From: Candidatus Yanofskybacteria bacterium CG10_big_fil_rev_8_21_14_0_10_36_16
GTDB lineage: Bacteria; Patescibacteriota; Minisyncoccia; 2-02-FULL-40-12; IGHO2-01-FULL-4-A
Assembly: GCA_002794035.1 (NCBI GenBank)
Contig: PCXQ01000001.1
Location: forward strand, 3,256 to 67,255
Reading direction: 5' to 3'
Length of the DNA: 64,000 bases
Within the stretch, counting starts at the first letter, position 1. Every line of letters begins with the position of its first letter. The notes under the pieces are model-generated. The model worked only from the letters and a program-made list of their open reading frames with translations, ran no database searches and was not told the DNA's origin. Below, piece by piece: positions 45,610 through 54,464 of this stretch. A program made the translations under genes and the position numbers.

Positions 45610-47154
45610 ATGTCAAACAACCAAAACAATGAAAAACAAAATAAGGAAGGGCGGAAACCACAAGCAACCAAAATCGTAGAATTGGTCAGTGAAAGCAACA
45701 TAACCCTATTCCATAACGAGTTAAAACAGCCCTATGCCTATATTGAAATAAATAACCATAGCGAAATATGGCCCTGTGAAAGCAGGCAATTTAAGGACTG
45801 GCTGGGACACATATTTTGGAATAACGAAGGAAAATCTGCCTATCCTAATGCGATAAACGGTGCGCTATCAACATTAAGAGCCAAGGCGCTTTACGAAGGA
45901 CAGAAGTATAAACTAAACAACCGAGTAGCAATCAAAGACGGTGCAATTTGGTATGACCTTTCTAACAATAACTGGGAAGCGGTCCGTATAAGCAAAAATG
46001 GATGGCGAATCATAGGCAACCCTCCTATCATATTTCAGCGCTTTTCTCATCAGCAAGAACAATTAACCCCGGTACCAGAAGGAAATATAAAGGATGTCTT
46101 ATCGCTAATCAATGTAAAAAAAGAACACCAACTGCTTTTATTGGTTTACTTAGTATCCTGTTTTATTCCGGACTTTCCCCATCCGATATTGGTGGTTCAC
46201 GGGCCTCAAGGCTCATCAAAATCAATGCTATCCAAAGTTCTTAAAAGCTTAGTTGATCCATCTGTATTAGAAACTTGCGACTTCCCTGCAAGTAAAGCGG
46301 AACTGGCTCAAATACTATCCCACCATCACTATGTTGTCTTTGATAATCTCTCGTACCTATCAGATTCAAATTCCGACATTCTATGCCGTGCTGTTACCGG
46401 AGGAGGATTTTCAAAACGGGAACTCTACACGAACGACGAAGACGTAATACACCTATTTAAGCGTTGCATAAACCTCAACGGCATAAATCCGGTGGCAACA
46501 AAACCAGACCTGCTAGAACGAAGCATATTACTGGAATTAGAAAGGATACCCAATGAAAAAAGGAAAAAAGAGACAGATATTTTGCAGCAATTTGAAACCA
46601 AGAGACCAGAAATATTAGGGGCAATCCTAAACACAGTTGCCAAAGCAATGGAGATTAAAGAATCAATAAAAGTAACTGGATTGCCGCGGATGGCGGATTT
46701 TACAGAGTGGGGTTGCGCTATCGCTGAAGCAATAGGACATCCAAAAGAAGAGTTTTTATCTTCTTATTTTGAAAACATAAAGTCGCAAAATGACCAGGTT
46801 ATTTATGATAGCCCTGTTTGCAGTACTCTTTTGAGCTTAATGAAGGAGCGAGAGCAATGGAATGGAACAGCAACGCAACTTTTATCTGAGTTAATTGAAG
46901 AGGCGGAAAGGTTAAATATCAACACAAAAGAAAAAGGCTGGCCCAAATCAGCAGCGTCATTAAGCGGTAAATTAAATAACTATAAAACCAATCTTGAAGA
47001 AGCCGGTATAAAAATAAATCGTTTTGATGAAAACAGGCAAAGACAATTATCTATCAGCAATGATTCTGCTATTGAGAGCCAGGCCGGCAACGGATTAGCC
47101 GAAGAAGACGATAGAGACGCTGCAACGCTCTCAACGCTCTTTCCCGAGCATTAA
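45610..47154 (+). CDS. P-loop NTPase, putative element replication helicase (phage/plasmid primase-associated type)
   Basis: 514 aa. VVHGPQGSSKSMLSKVL Walker A and VVFDNLS Walker B-like. Follows the CHC2 gene. Confidence 0.55.
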   Translation: MSNNQNNEKQNKEGRKPQATKIVELVSESNITLFHNELKQPYAYIEINNHSEIWPCESRQFKDWLGHIFWNNEGKSAYPNAINGALSTLRAKALYEGQKYKLNNRVAIKDGAIWYDLSNNNWEAVRISKNGWRIIGNPPIIFQRFSHQQEQLTPVPEGNIKDVLSLINVKKEHQLLLLVYLVSCFIPDFPHPILVVHGPQGSSKSMLSKVLKSLVDPSVLETCDFPASKAELAQILSHHHYVVFDNLSYLSDSNSDILCRAVTGGGFSKRELYTNDEDVIHLFKRCINLNGINPVATKPDLLERSILLELERIPNEKRKKETDILQQFETKRPEILGAILNTVAKAMEIKESIKVTGLPRMADFTEWGCAIAEAIGHPKEEFLSSYFENIKSQNDQVIYDSPVCSTLLSLMKEREQWNGTATQLLSELIEEAERLNINTKEKGWPKSAASLSGKLNNYKTNLEEAGIKINRFDENRQRQLSISNDSAIESQAGNGLAEEDDRDAATLSTLFPEH

Positions 47155-47186
47155 TAAAACAAGGGGTACTACCCATAACTTAAGTT

Positions 47187-47558
47187 ATGCAGTGTAAATA
47201 CATAAAAAATAATAAAAAACAGTGCGGAGCAAACGCAATGCTCAAAAACAGTTATTGCTTTTATCATAATCCGGATGTCAAAAAAGCAGATAAAAAAGAG
47301 GCTCAATCAAGAGGTGGTAAGGGCAATAAAAGTAGAGTTAGTGAAACTCTTCCGCCAATAACTTTCAAGAAGTCCCGAAACGTCGTCGGATTGCTTGAGG
47401 AAACTATTAATTTGGTTAGGGCAGGAAAAATGGAAATACGAGTTGCTAACTGCATAGGATACTTGTCGGGCCACATCATCAAGGCAATTGAGGTTTCAGA
47501 GCTTACGCAACGCCTACAGGAAGTTGAGAAAAAAATAGAAATAAAATGGCAGGAATAA
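47187..47558 (+). CDS. Hypothetical protein (mobile-element small ORF)
   Basis: 123 aa, basic N-terminus with Cys pairs. Overlaps the next ORF by 13 nt. Confidence 0.5.
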   Translation: MQCKYIKNNKKQCGANAMLKNSYCFYHNPDVKKADKKEAQSRGGKGNKSRVSETLPPITFKKSRNVVGLLEETINLVRAGKMEIRVANCIGYLSGHIIKAIEVSELTQRLQEVEKKIEIKWQE

Positions 47559-47836
47559 CTTTATCTACAATAAAAAGATTAGAGAAAAAAGCCGAAGAAT
47601 TAAGGGCGGCAAATCCAATAGTGGACCGGGTCATAACTGTTCCTTGGCCTTTAGAGATTTATAGCGAAGAGGGAGAAAGATTTATCCAAGAGGAAATTGA
47701 GCGGCGAAATCAAATTAGGAAAGAATCCGGTATTTATTCCGAAGGTCCTTTCTACGTGATTATGCCGGGTAGAATGCCTCAATGGGTGGCCGAAGAAGAA
47801 TGGAGGAAACAAGAAGAGGCAGAGAAACTTAAATAA
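47546..47836 (+). CDS. Hypothetical protein (mobile-element small ORF)
   Basis: 96 aa, charged. Translationally coupled to the upstream ORF. Confidence 0.5.
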   Translation: MAGITLSTIKRLEKKAEELRAANPIVDRVITVPWPLEIYSEEGERFIQEEIERRNQIRKESGIYSEGPFYVIMPGRMPQWVAEEEWRKQEEAEKLK

Positions 47837-47866
47837 TTTCCAATTTTAAGTTATAATGAGTAAACT

Positions 47867-47959
47867 ACACAAAAACCCAAATAGTAGTCAAGACCTTGAA
47901 CATAACGAGGGGCAACGAGGGTTTTTGTGTAGTAACAAAACTTCTTGTCGTTGCCCCTC
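47867..47959. promoter_or_regulatory. Two interlocked perfect 12-bp inverted repeats upstream of the recombinase gene
   Basis: A: acacaaaaaccc (47867-47878) pairs with gggtttttgtgt (47919-47930). B: gaggggcaacga (47907-47918) pairs with tcgttgcccctc (47948-47959). Confidence 0.6.
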
Positions 47960-48058
47960 TTTGTGCTATAAGGCGTCCTCTGTTTTAGATCCCAAGTCAT
48001 TAGAACAAGCATATTTTAGAATTTTTGACTGGGTTTTAGAAAACAAGGACAGTAAATT

Positions 48059-49702
48059 ATGGAAAAAACAAAAAGATTAGCTGCTCTATATGGTAGAGTA
48101 AGCACATCAAACCAAGAGGACCAGAAAACAATTGAGAACCAAGTTGATGCTCTTAATGAGTTAGCGAACAAAAATGATTTTACCATTGTTCAAGAATATA
48201 AAGATGATGGTTGGTCCGGAGATATTTTAGCCAGACCGGCCCTTGATCAGCTAAGGCAAGATGCAAAAAGTAAAATATGGGATACTTTGTTAATTTACGA
48301 TCCGGATAGGTTGGCCCGAAGATACTCATACCAGGAGTTGATTATGGACGAGTTAAAAGAGGCCGGGGTTGAAGTGATATTTATTACTGTATCTGCACCA
48401 AAAAATCCTGAAGATAAGATTTTGCATGGAGTTCGGGGGTTATTTGCAGAATATGAGAGGGTACGGATTACAGAACGTTTTCGTTTAGGAAAGCTCCGCA
48501 AGGTAAAAAACGGCCATGTATTAACAACGGAAGCCCCTTATGGCTATAACTACATAAGAGGAGACAGAGAAAGGCAAATACACGGTTATTATAAAATTAA
48601 CCCCGAGGAAGCAGAGGTTGTAAAAAAGATTTTTCAGTGGATTGGGGATGAAAAACTAAATATCAGAGCTGTTGTAAGAAAATTAAAAGAAGTAGGAATT
48701 AAACCAAGAAAAGCCAAAAGAGGTGTTTGGGCTACGAGCACAATATCAACAATGCTAAAAAACGGGGCTTATATTGGAGAGGCACATTGGGGTAGTTCGT
48801 ATGCAGTAGTACCCGAAAATCCAATCAAAAAAGAGAAGTATAAAAAAATGAAAAAAAGTAGCCGGAGAATAAAACCGAAAGAAGATTGGATAGCATCTAA
48901 AATACCTGTACCTGCCATAATAACCAAGGAGCTGTTTGCAAAGGTACAAAAACAACTAAAAACAAATTCCTCTCTATGTCCAAGAAATAAAAAATATACA
49001 TATCTACTAGGCGGCAAAATACATTGTGTATGCGGTAAAACCAGAAGTGGAGTAGGCCCACAGCGCGGTAAGCATCTATACTATCGCTGTAATGACAGGA
49101 TTTATAGCTTTCCTATACCTCCTACCTGTAAAGAACAAGCCATCAATGCAAGGATAGCTGATGAATTAGTTTGGAATAAAATAGCAAATCTTATGAGTTC
49201 ACCGGAATTGTTAAAAAACCAAGCAGAAAAATGGTCTGATTCTCGCAAGGTGGGGGCAAGATCTCATATTGGCGATATAGAAACAACAGAAAAGGAAATA
49301 TTAAAGTTAAAAGCACAGGAGGATCGCTATAATAAAGCATATGGTGCCGGGGTGTTTGATATAAACCAATTAAAAGAGTATGTTGCTCCGGTAAGAGAAC
49401 GAATAGAATTGTTAAAATCCCAAATAGTCAAAATCAAACAGGAAGAAAACCAGTCGCAAGACAATGCCCTCCCCTCGCTAGATGAAATCCGGTCATTTAC
49501 GAAAGTAACAAGAAATGCTTTATTTAACTTGAATTTTGAAATGAAAAGAGCCACAATTTTAAATGTTATAGATAAAATTATCGGTACACAAAAACAATTG
49601 AAGGTGTATGGTCAAGTGCCGATAACACAAAATTATGTCACATACAAAACTAGCTATCGGTATAGTCGGGTTGCCCAATGTTGGAAAATCAACATTATTT
49701 AA
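48059..49702 (+). CDS. Large serine recombinase (integrase)
   Basis: 547 aa. N-terminal resolvase domain (AALYGRVSTSNQ), recombinase domain, Cys-rich zinc ribbon (CVCG...YYRC), coiled coil. The last 68 nt overlap ychF. Confidence 0.9.
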   Translation: MEKTKRLAALYGRVSTSNQEDQKTIENQVDALNELANKNDFTIVQEYKDDGWSGDILARPALDQLRQDAKSKIWDTLLIYDPDRLARRYSYQELIMDELKEAGVEVIFITVSAPKNPEDKILHGVRGLFAEYERVRITERFRLGKLRKVKNGHVLTTEAPYGYNYIRGDRERQIHGYYKINPEEAEVVKKIFQWIGDEKLNIRAVVRKLKEVGIKPRKAKRGVWATSTISTMLKNGAYIGEAHWGSSYAVVPENPIKKEKYKKMKKSSRRIKPKEDWIASKIPVPAIITKELFAKVQKQLKTNSSLCPRNKKYTYLLGGKIHCVCGKTRSGVGPQRGKHLYYRCNDRIYSFPIPPTCKEQAINARIADELVWNKIANLMSSPELLKNQAEKWSDSRKVGARSHIGDIETTEKEILKLKAQEDRYNKAYGAGVFDINQLKEYVAPVRERIELLKSQIVKIKQEENQSQDNALPSLDEIRSFTKVTRNALFNLNFEMKRATILNVIDKIIGTQKQLKVYGQVPITQNYVTYKTSYRYSRVAQCWKINII

Positions 49703-50783
49703 TGCCCTGACTAAAAAACAAGTAGATATTTCTAATTATGCTTTTACAACGATCGACCCAAATGTCGGGGTTGTTGGGGTACCTGATGAAAGATTAGATA
49801 AATTGGCCAAGATGTCTAATTCCGAGAAAATTACCCCTACGGCCATTGAATTTATTGATATCGCAGGTCTTATTAAGGGCGCAGCAGAAGGAGAAGGGTT
49901 GGGTAATAAGTTTTTAGCTAATATTCGTGAAGTAGATGCCATTGCTCACGTAGTAAGGGTTTTTCCCGCCGGAGGCGGGTCCGCTCATGGCGGAGAAATA
50001 CAGCATGTGCACAAAAATATTGATCCGGTAAATGATATTGAAATAATCAATCTGGAATTAATAATGGCTGATTTGCAGACTATTGAAAGAAGATTAAGGG
50101 AGACAAAAGGCAATGACCCTGCCAAGACTTTTGAAAAAGAGGTGTTAAACAAACTTAAAGAAAATTTAGAAAAAGAAATTCTTGCAATAAACATTTTATT
50201 TACTGAAAAAGAACAAGAAATTGTTCGTGGGTTACATCTTTTAACCAACAAAAAAGTTATATATGCCTTTAATGTGGCAGAACAACAGTTGAAAGACAAT
50301 TGGCAGCCTAACAAAGAATTGCTTGATGTTATAAAAAACAATGAATTTGTTGTTGTCTCAAATACGTTTGAACAATTGCTATCTGAATCAGACCCTGAAG
50401 AAAAAAAGGTTTATCTTGAAGAACTAGGTTTAAAATATAGCGGTTTAGATCAGCTTATAAAAAAAGGATACAAGGCTCTTGGTTTAATTACATTTTTGAC
50501 AACTGGTCCTAAAGAAACACGTGCTTGGACAGCTCATGAGGGTGATTCTATCCCCCGTGCGTCATCTGCTATCCATACTGATTTTGAAGAAAAATTTATT
50601 AAAGCCGATGTGATAAATTGGCAAACACTTTTAGATGTAGCGGTCCATTCGGCGGATTCGGGTTCCTCATCACAAGCAGGCTCAGGCCAAGCTTGGTCTA
50701 AAGCAAAAGAGCTTGGCAAGATGAGAACAGTTGGTAAAGATTACATAATTCAAGAAGGTGATGTAGTCGAGATTAAAATTTGA
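49635..50783 (+). CDS. ychF: Ribosome-binding ATPase YchF
   Basis: 382 aa. GIVGLPNVGKSTLFNALT, DIAGLIKGA, C-terminal TGS-like domain. Two GC-rich in-frame insertions. Confidence 0.95.
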   Translation: MSHTKLAIGIVGLPNVGKSTLFNALTKKQVDISNYAFTTIDPNVGVVGVPDERLDKLAKMSNSEKITPTAIEFIDIAGLIKGAAEGEGLGNKFLANIREVDAIAHVVRVFPAGGGSAHGGEIQHVHKNIDPVNDIEIINLELIMADLQTIERRLRETKGNDPAKTFEKEVLNKLKENLEKEILAINILFTEKEQEIVRGLHLLTNKKVIYAFNVAEQQLKDNWQPNKELLDVIKNNEFVVVSNTFEQLLSESDPEEKKVYLEELGLKYSGLDQLIKKGYKALGLITFLTTGPKETRAWTAHEGDSIPRASSAIHTDFEEKFIKADVINWQTLLDVAVHSADSGSSSQAGSGQAWSKAKELGKMRTVGKDYIIQEGDVVEIKI

Positions 50784-50841
50784 TCTTGACTACATCACTG
50801 TAAGAAGGCCGAACATTTTCTTGGTTTTTTGTAGAAAATGT

Positions 50842-50897
50842 GAAGGTGTCGAAATAATTCAATTATTTCGACAGATGTTGTTGAAATTAAAATATAG
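50842..50897 (+). pseudogene. Displaced remnant of a second ychF 3' end, split by a 26-nt palindromic insert
   Basis: Removing tcgaaataattcaattatttcgacag leaves gaaggtgatgttgttgaaattaaaatatag (EGDVVEIKI*). This differs from the functional end (50754-50783) only at synonymous/stop positions. Confidence 0.6.
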
Positions 50898-50914
50898 AAT
50901 AAACAGTAGTTTTT

Positions 50915-50945
50915 AAAAACCCCGCCAAGGCGGGGTTTTTGATTT
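50915..50945. terminator. Bidirectional terminator
   Basis: aaaaaccccgcc-aa-ggcggggttttt. Confidence 0.8.
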
Positions 50946-50970
50946 TATTTAAGATTTGAACTCTTTATAA

Positions 50971-51513
50971 TTATAATTCATTACAGTAATTTTTTGTATT
51001 GCAGGAACCGGTTAAGTCCTGGAATTGCTTACATTTATCACCGTCTTTAGAAAACAGTTGGCAAAAACCTAAATAGTTTCCTTGATTATCAAAATGATAT
51101 ACTCCACCTTCAGATATGGGGCTTTCTACAACTTTCCAAATTGGGCTGCCATCTACTTCAACACAAAAAAATGCACTTTGCGATCCTCCTTGAAACAAAT
51201 GTGTTATGTTGTTTTGGTCCTTGAATTCATGTTCTCCCGATCGAGTGCACAATGTTTTAACAATTAAAGGCATTTTGTCGCCGACAATTTGTTGGCTGGT
51301 GCTTGCAGAAGTTTTATCTAGATGCCATCCAAAAGGTGTGTTTAGTGGCCAGATATTTTCGAGAAAAGCAAAAGCAAGCCAAGCAATAACAAAACCAGAA
51401 AGCAACAATAAAAATGATTCTAGTTTTGCACGTTGAACCTGCTCAAAACTATATCCGTCTTGAGGGAGGTTAGCAGAGGAAGAGCTTTCTTTTTGAGGAT
51501 TTTGATTATCCAC
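50971..51513 (-). CDS. Membrane-anchored Cys-rich hypothetical protein
   Basis: 180 aa with one TM helix. Extracytoplasmic domain has 6 Cys. Confidence 0.5.
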   Translation of the reverse strand: MDNQNPQKESSSSANLPQDGYSFEQVQRAKLESFLLLLSGFVIAWLAFAFLENIWPLNTPFGWHLDKTSASTSQQIVGDKMPLIVKTLCTRSGEHEFKDQNNITHLFQGGSQSAFFCVEVDGSPIWKVVESPISEGGVYHFDNQGNYLGFCQLFSKDGDKCKQFQDLTGSCNTKNYCNEL

Positions 51514-51893
51514 TTTATAAATGGCTAAAACACTTTAACAAAAGTGTGCATTAAATTAAAATAACCACTTGTGTTAAAGCGTTAGATTACTAATTAAAGT
51601 GTCAAAGTATCTTTTATACGAAAGGTGAGGCAAATGGCCACAGGTTGTTTATGTATGCGAATGCTACGTATGCGATCGCAAAACTGGTCAACATGAGCAT
51701 AAAAAACTCTGTTTTTATTCTCTTCGTGTTGTTTTGGGATTGGACCATGTAATTATTACTCAATATATTTGCATGATGCAAAATAAATAAAGAGCAGATT
51801 AGGAACTTTTTATTACTACTAATATTATATCACTAATATTTCAAAATATTATAAACAGTTATTAAAAAACCCGCTAAGGCGGGGTTTTTAATT

Positions 51894-52496
51894 TTATATT
51901 TTTAATTCTTGTGCTTTCCTAAATAATTCATTTGCTGCTTCCCAATTTAAATTCTTAAAGAAGTTGTCTATATAAGTTTTTCTATCAGAACCAGTATCCA
52001 TGAAGTATGAGTGTTCGTATACATCGCAGGTTATTATTGGTATTGCCCCCCATATTCCCCCATGGTTGTGGGCGTCACAGTTGAATACTCTAAGCTCGCC
52101 AACATTAGCGTCCCAAGCAAGAATTGTCCAACCTCGGGCTGCCATAGCACAGGCAGTAAAGTACTTTTGAAACTGTTCAACTGACCCATATTTAGCAGAA
52201 ATTGCTTCAGCTAGCTCCCCCGTTGACTTGCCATCGCCTCCCAAAATATCAAAATATTTTTCATGAAGGTAAACTCCGTTATTTGCAAAACTCTCGCCAT
52301 TTTTTAGAGAGCGCAGTTCGCTATAAGTTTGATTTCCTTCAGGGTTATCACTTTTGGCAATATCTGTCAGACGTTCTTTTATAGAATTGCTTTTATCAAC
52401 ATAGCCTTTGTATAGTTTGCCGTGGTGAGTTTCTATTGTTTTTGAGGAGATACCTTCTAGCTCTTTATCAAAAGGCAGTGGTTTGTGATTGTACAT
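51894..52496 (-). CDS. Fe/Mn superoxide dismutase
   Basis: 200 aa. HHGKLYKGY and DVYEHSYF motifs. Confidence 0.9.
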   Translation of the reverse strand: MYNHKPLPFDKELEGISSKTIETHHGKLYKGYVDKSNSIKERLTDIAKSDNPEGNQTYSELRSLKNGESFANNGVYLHEKYFDILGGDGKSTGELAEAISAKYGSVEQFQKYFTACAMAARGWTILAWDANVGELRVFNCDAHNHGGIWGAIPIITCDVYEHSYFMDTGSDRKTYIDNFFKNLNWEAANELFRKAQELKI

Positions 52497-52565
52497 GCTA
52501 ATTTGTCCAAGGGTATATCGATTGGGTAACTGTCTGTTCCCGTTCGTTTTATTGCGCTCGGACAG

Positions 52566-52805
52566 TTAGTTGGTTATGCCGAGGGCTTTATTTACTCTTT
52601 CTTTATCAAATCCTACTATAACTTTGTCATCTATAACTATTACGGGTACGGCCATTGAACCGCTTTTTTCTACCATTTCTTGCCTTTTTTGTGCATCTGA
52701 AACAACATCATATGCTTCATATGCAATATTTTTTTCATTGAAATATTCTTTTGCCATTTTGCAAAAATGACATGTAGGGGTGGTGTAAATTTGAACCTTA
52801 GCCAT
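52566..52805 (-). CDS. Glutaredoxin-like protein (NrdH/YruB type)
   Basis: 79 aa. TPTCHFCKMAKEYF active site and VPVIVIDDKVIVGF. Confidence 0.8.
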   Translation of the reverse strand: MAKVQIYTTPTCHFCKMAKEYFNEKNIAYEAYDVVSDAQKRQEMVEKSGSMAVPVIVIDDKVIVGFDKERVNKALGITN

Positions 52806-52979
52806 AATAAAATATTAGCCAACGAATTTTGTGTATATACTACAAGCTTAGTATAAACTTGCAATTCGTGGACATTAATTAAGTTTATTAATTATATCAC
52901 AGCTATCCTATTGTTGCCAAAAAGCAGTAAATGGGCAATAATACATCAATGTTCCTTAACACATATAGGTGGTATACAA

Positions 52980-53891
52980 ATGAAGACAAAGCTTGGTTTA
53001 TTGATTATATTAATTTGTTTTTTTAAAAATACTGTTTGGGCTATGACTGAAAGCGAAAGAGATAATAAAATAGATGAATTTGTGGTTCATTTTGGTAACA
53101 GTGAAGCTGAACTTGCCCTTGAGATAGCTGAAGATCTTTCCGCATCTTTTCCTGAAGATCCTTATTTTAATATTTTAAAATCAAGGGCTATAGGCCAACT
53201 GATTAAAAATAAGATTTTAGAGGGATACAAACTTAAGAACATAAGAAATGGTCCATATTTCCAAGAATTAAGTACAAGATTTTATGCGGAAATAGATAGT
53301 GGATTAAAAAAGTTAGAAGGAGACAATAGCGTAAAAGGCAAATATCTGAGAGGGGTTTTGTTGGGATCCAAAGGAACTTTTGTTCAAATATTTATTGCTG
53401 AATTTAATATATTATCTCCTATTAAATCGCGTAATAATTATCAGGCAGCAGATAAGCTTGGCGCTAATGGCTTGGAGTTAATAATGGAAGCCCTTGAGGA
53501 AGATCCTTCGCTTTGTCCTGCTAAGTTTGTGATAGCAAAGACAAAATATGAGATGTCCAAACTAGGTTTTGTTGAGAGAACAATAATAAGCAATTCTAAC
53601 TCCTTGACCTTTAAACTTCTAGGAAGAAATTTTGATGTAGGAGAGGCTTGGGATTGGATAAACCAAACTTATTGGTGTGCCTCCCCGTATTATTACCAGA
53701 AAGAAATTAATTGGGATAAAATATTTGTTTATAAAGAAATGACGATGGATTACTGTATTAATGGCAATTTAGACAAAGATGGCCATAAAAGGCTGTTAGA
53801 GATACTAGATGTGCTTTGCAATAAGTTTCCCAAGAATAACCAAATAAGGAAAGAGAAAAATATTGTTGAATTTCATCTTGATAGATTTTAA
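52980..53891 (+). CDS. Secreted hypothetical protein
   Basis: Start moved to MKTKLGLLIILICFFKNTVWA (signal peptide). Confidence 0.5.
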   Translation: MKTKLGLLIILICFFKNTVWAMTESERDNKIDEFVVHFGNSEAELALEIAEDLSASFPEDPYFNILKSRAIGQLIKNKILEGYKLKNIRNGPYFQELSTRFYAEIDSGLKKLEGDNSVKGKYLRGVLLGSKGTFVQIFIAEFNILSPIKSRNNYQAADKLGANGLELIMEALEEDPSLCPAKFVIAKTKYEMSKLGFVERTIISNSNSLTFKLLGRNFDVGEAWDWINQTYWCASPYYYQKEINWDKIFVYKEMTMDYCINGNLDKDGHKRLLEILDVLCNKFPKNNQIRKEKNIVEFHLDRF

Positions 53892-53974
53892 AATGTTAAA
53901 CCCGTCAAGGACACATTGGCGGGTTTTTGTTATAATTATATTTATTTTAGTGGTTTTTTATTAATGTAAAAATT

Positions 53975-54382
53975 ATGGGTTGGATAATTAAAATCGTTGC
54001 TTTTGTTGCCGTGGTTTCTTTAACTAGTGGTTTTGTTATAACTAAAGTTCCTGATCTAAAGCAAAAAGTGGTTGAATATATAAACCCAGCAGAAAAAGAA
54101 AGACGTATATTGGGAGAACTGGACCAGGTGCTTGAAGATTTGGAAGATACAGCAATGCAAGTAAGCGATTTTGACAGCCCTGAAGAGGTTCGGGAAAAAA
54201 TTTCTAAGGCGGCAGAACTTATAAACAAGGCTCAAGATTTAAGATTGCAGGCTCAGGAAGCAAATGATAAGGATCAAGGTCTTGTAAGATCCGGAATGAC
54301 TCGAATTATTGATTCCTTTACTAGCAAGACAATTCCTGAAATTACAGATGAGTTGAAAGCCGAGATATGCAAAGAGCAGTAG
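53975..54382 (+). CDS. Membrane-anchored coiled-coil hypothetical protein
   Basis: 135 aa. N-terminal TM helix, then a charged helical region. Confidence 0.5.
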   Translation: MGWIIKIVAFVAVVSLTSGFVITKVPDLKQKVVEYINPAEKERRILGELDQVLEDLEDTAMQVSDFDSPEEVREKISKAAELINKAQDLRLQAQEANDKDQGLVRSGMTRIIDSFTSKTIPEITDELKAEICKEQ

Positions 54383-54464
54383 TAAGTAGCATGTAGCAAG
54401 TATTATGCAAAAAAATCTAGATTTTAATCTAGATTTTTTATTCTTGCTACTGACTACTGGCTAC

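Larger units (their letters stand above)
31260..49702. mobile_element. ~18 kb accessory island between murC and ychF (defence block plus serine-recombinase element backbone); left boundary uncertain
   Basis: Flanked by core genes. Content is R-M/defence, replication-type genes and a large serine recombinase. Visibly different composition from flanks. Recombinase ORF overlaps the ychF start. Confidence 0.55.

Noticed and set aside
47856-48080. The 74-aa ORF upstream of the recombinase as a gene (for example an excisionase/RDF).
   Set aside because: This is not excluded. However, the ORF is built across two perfect 12-bp inverted repeats, overlaps the recombinase start by 22 nt, and has no recognisable HTH. 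I therefore treated the region as regulatory.
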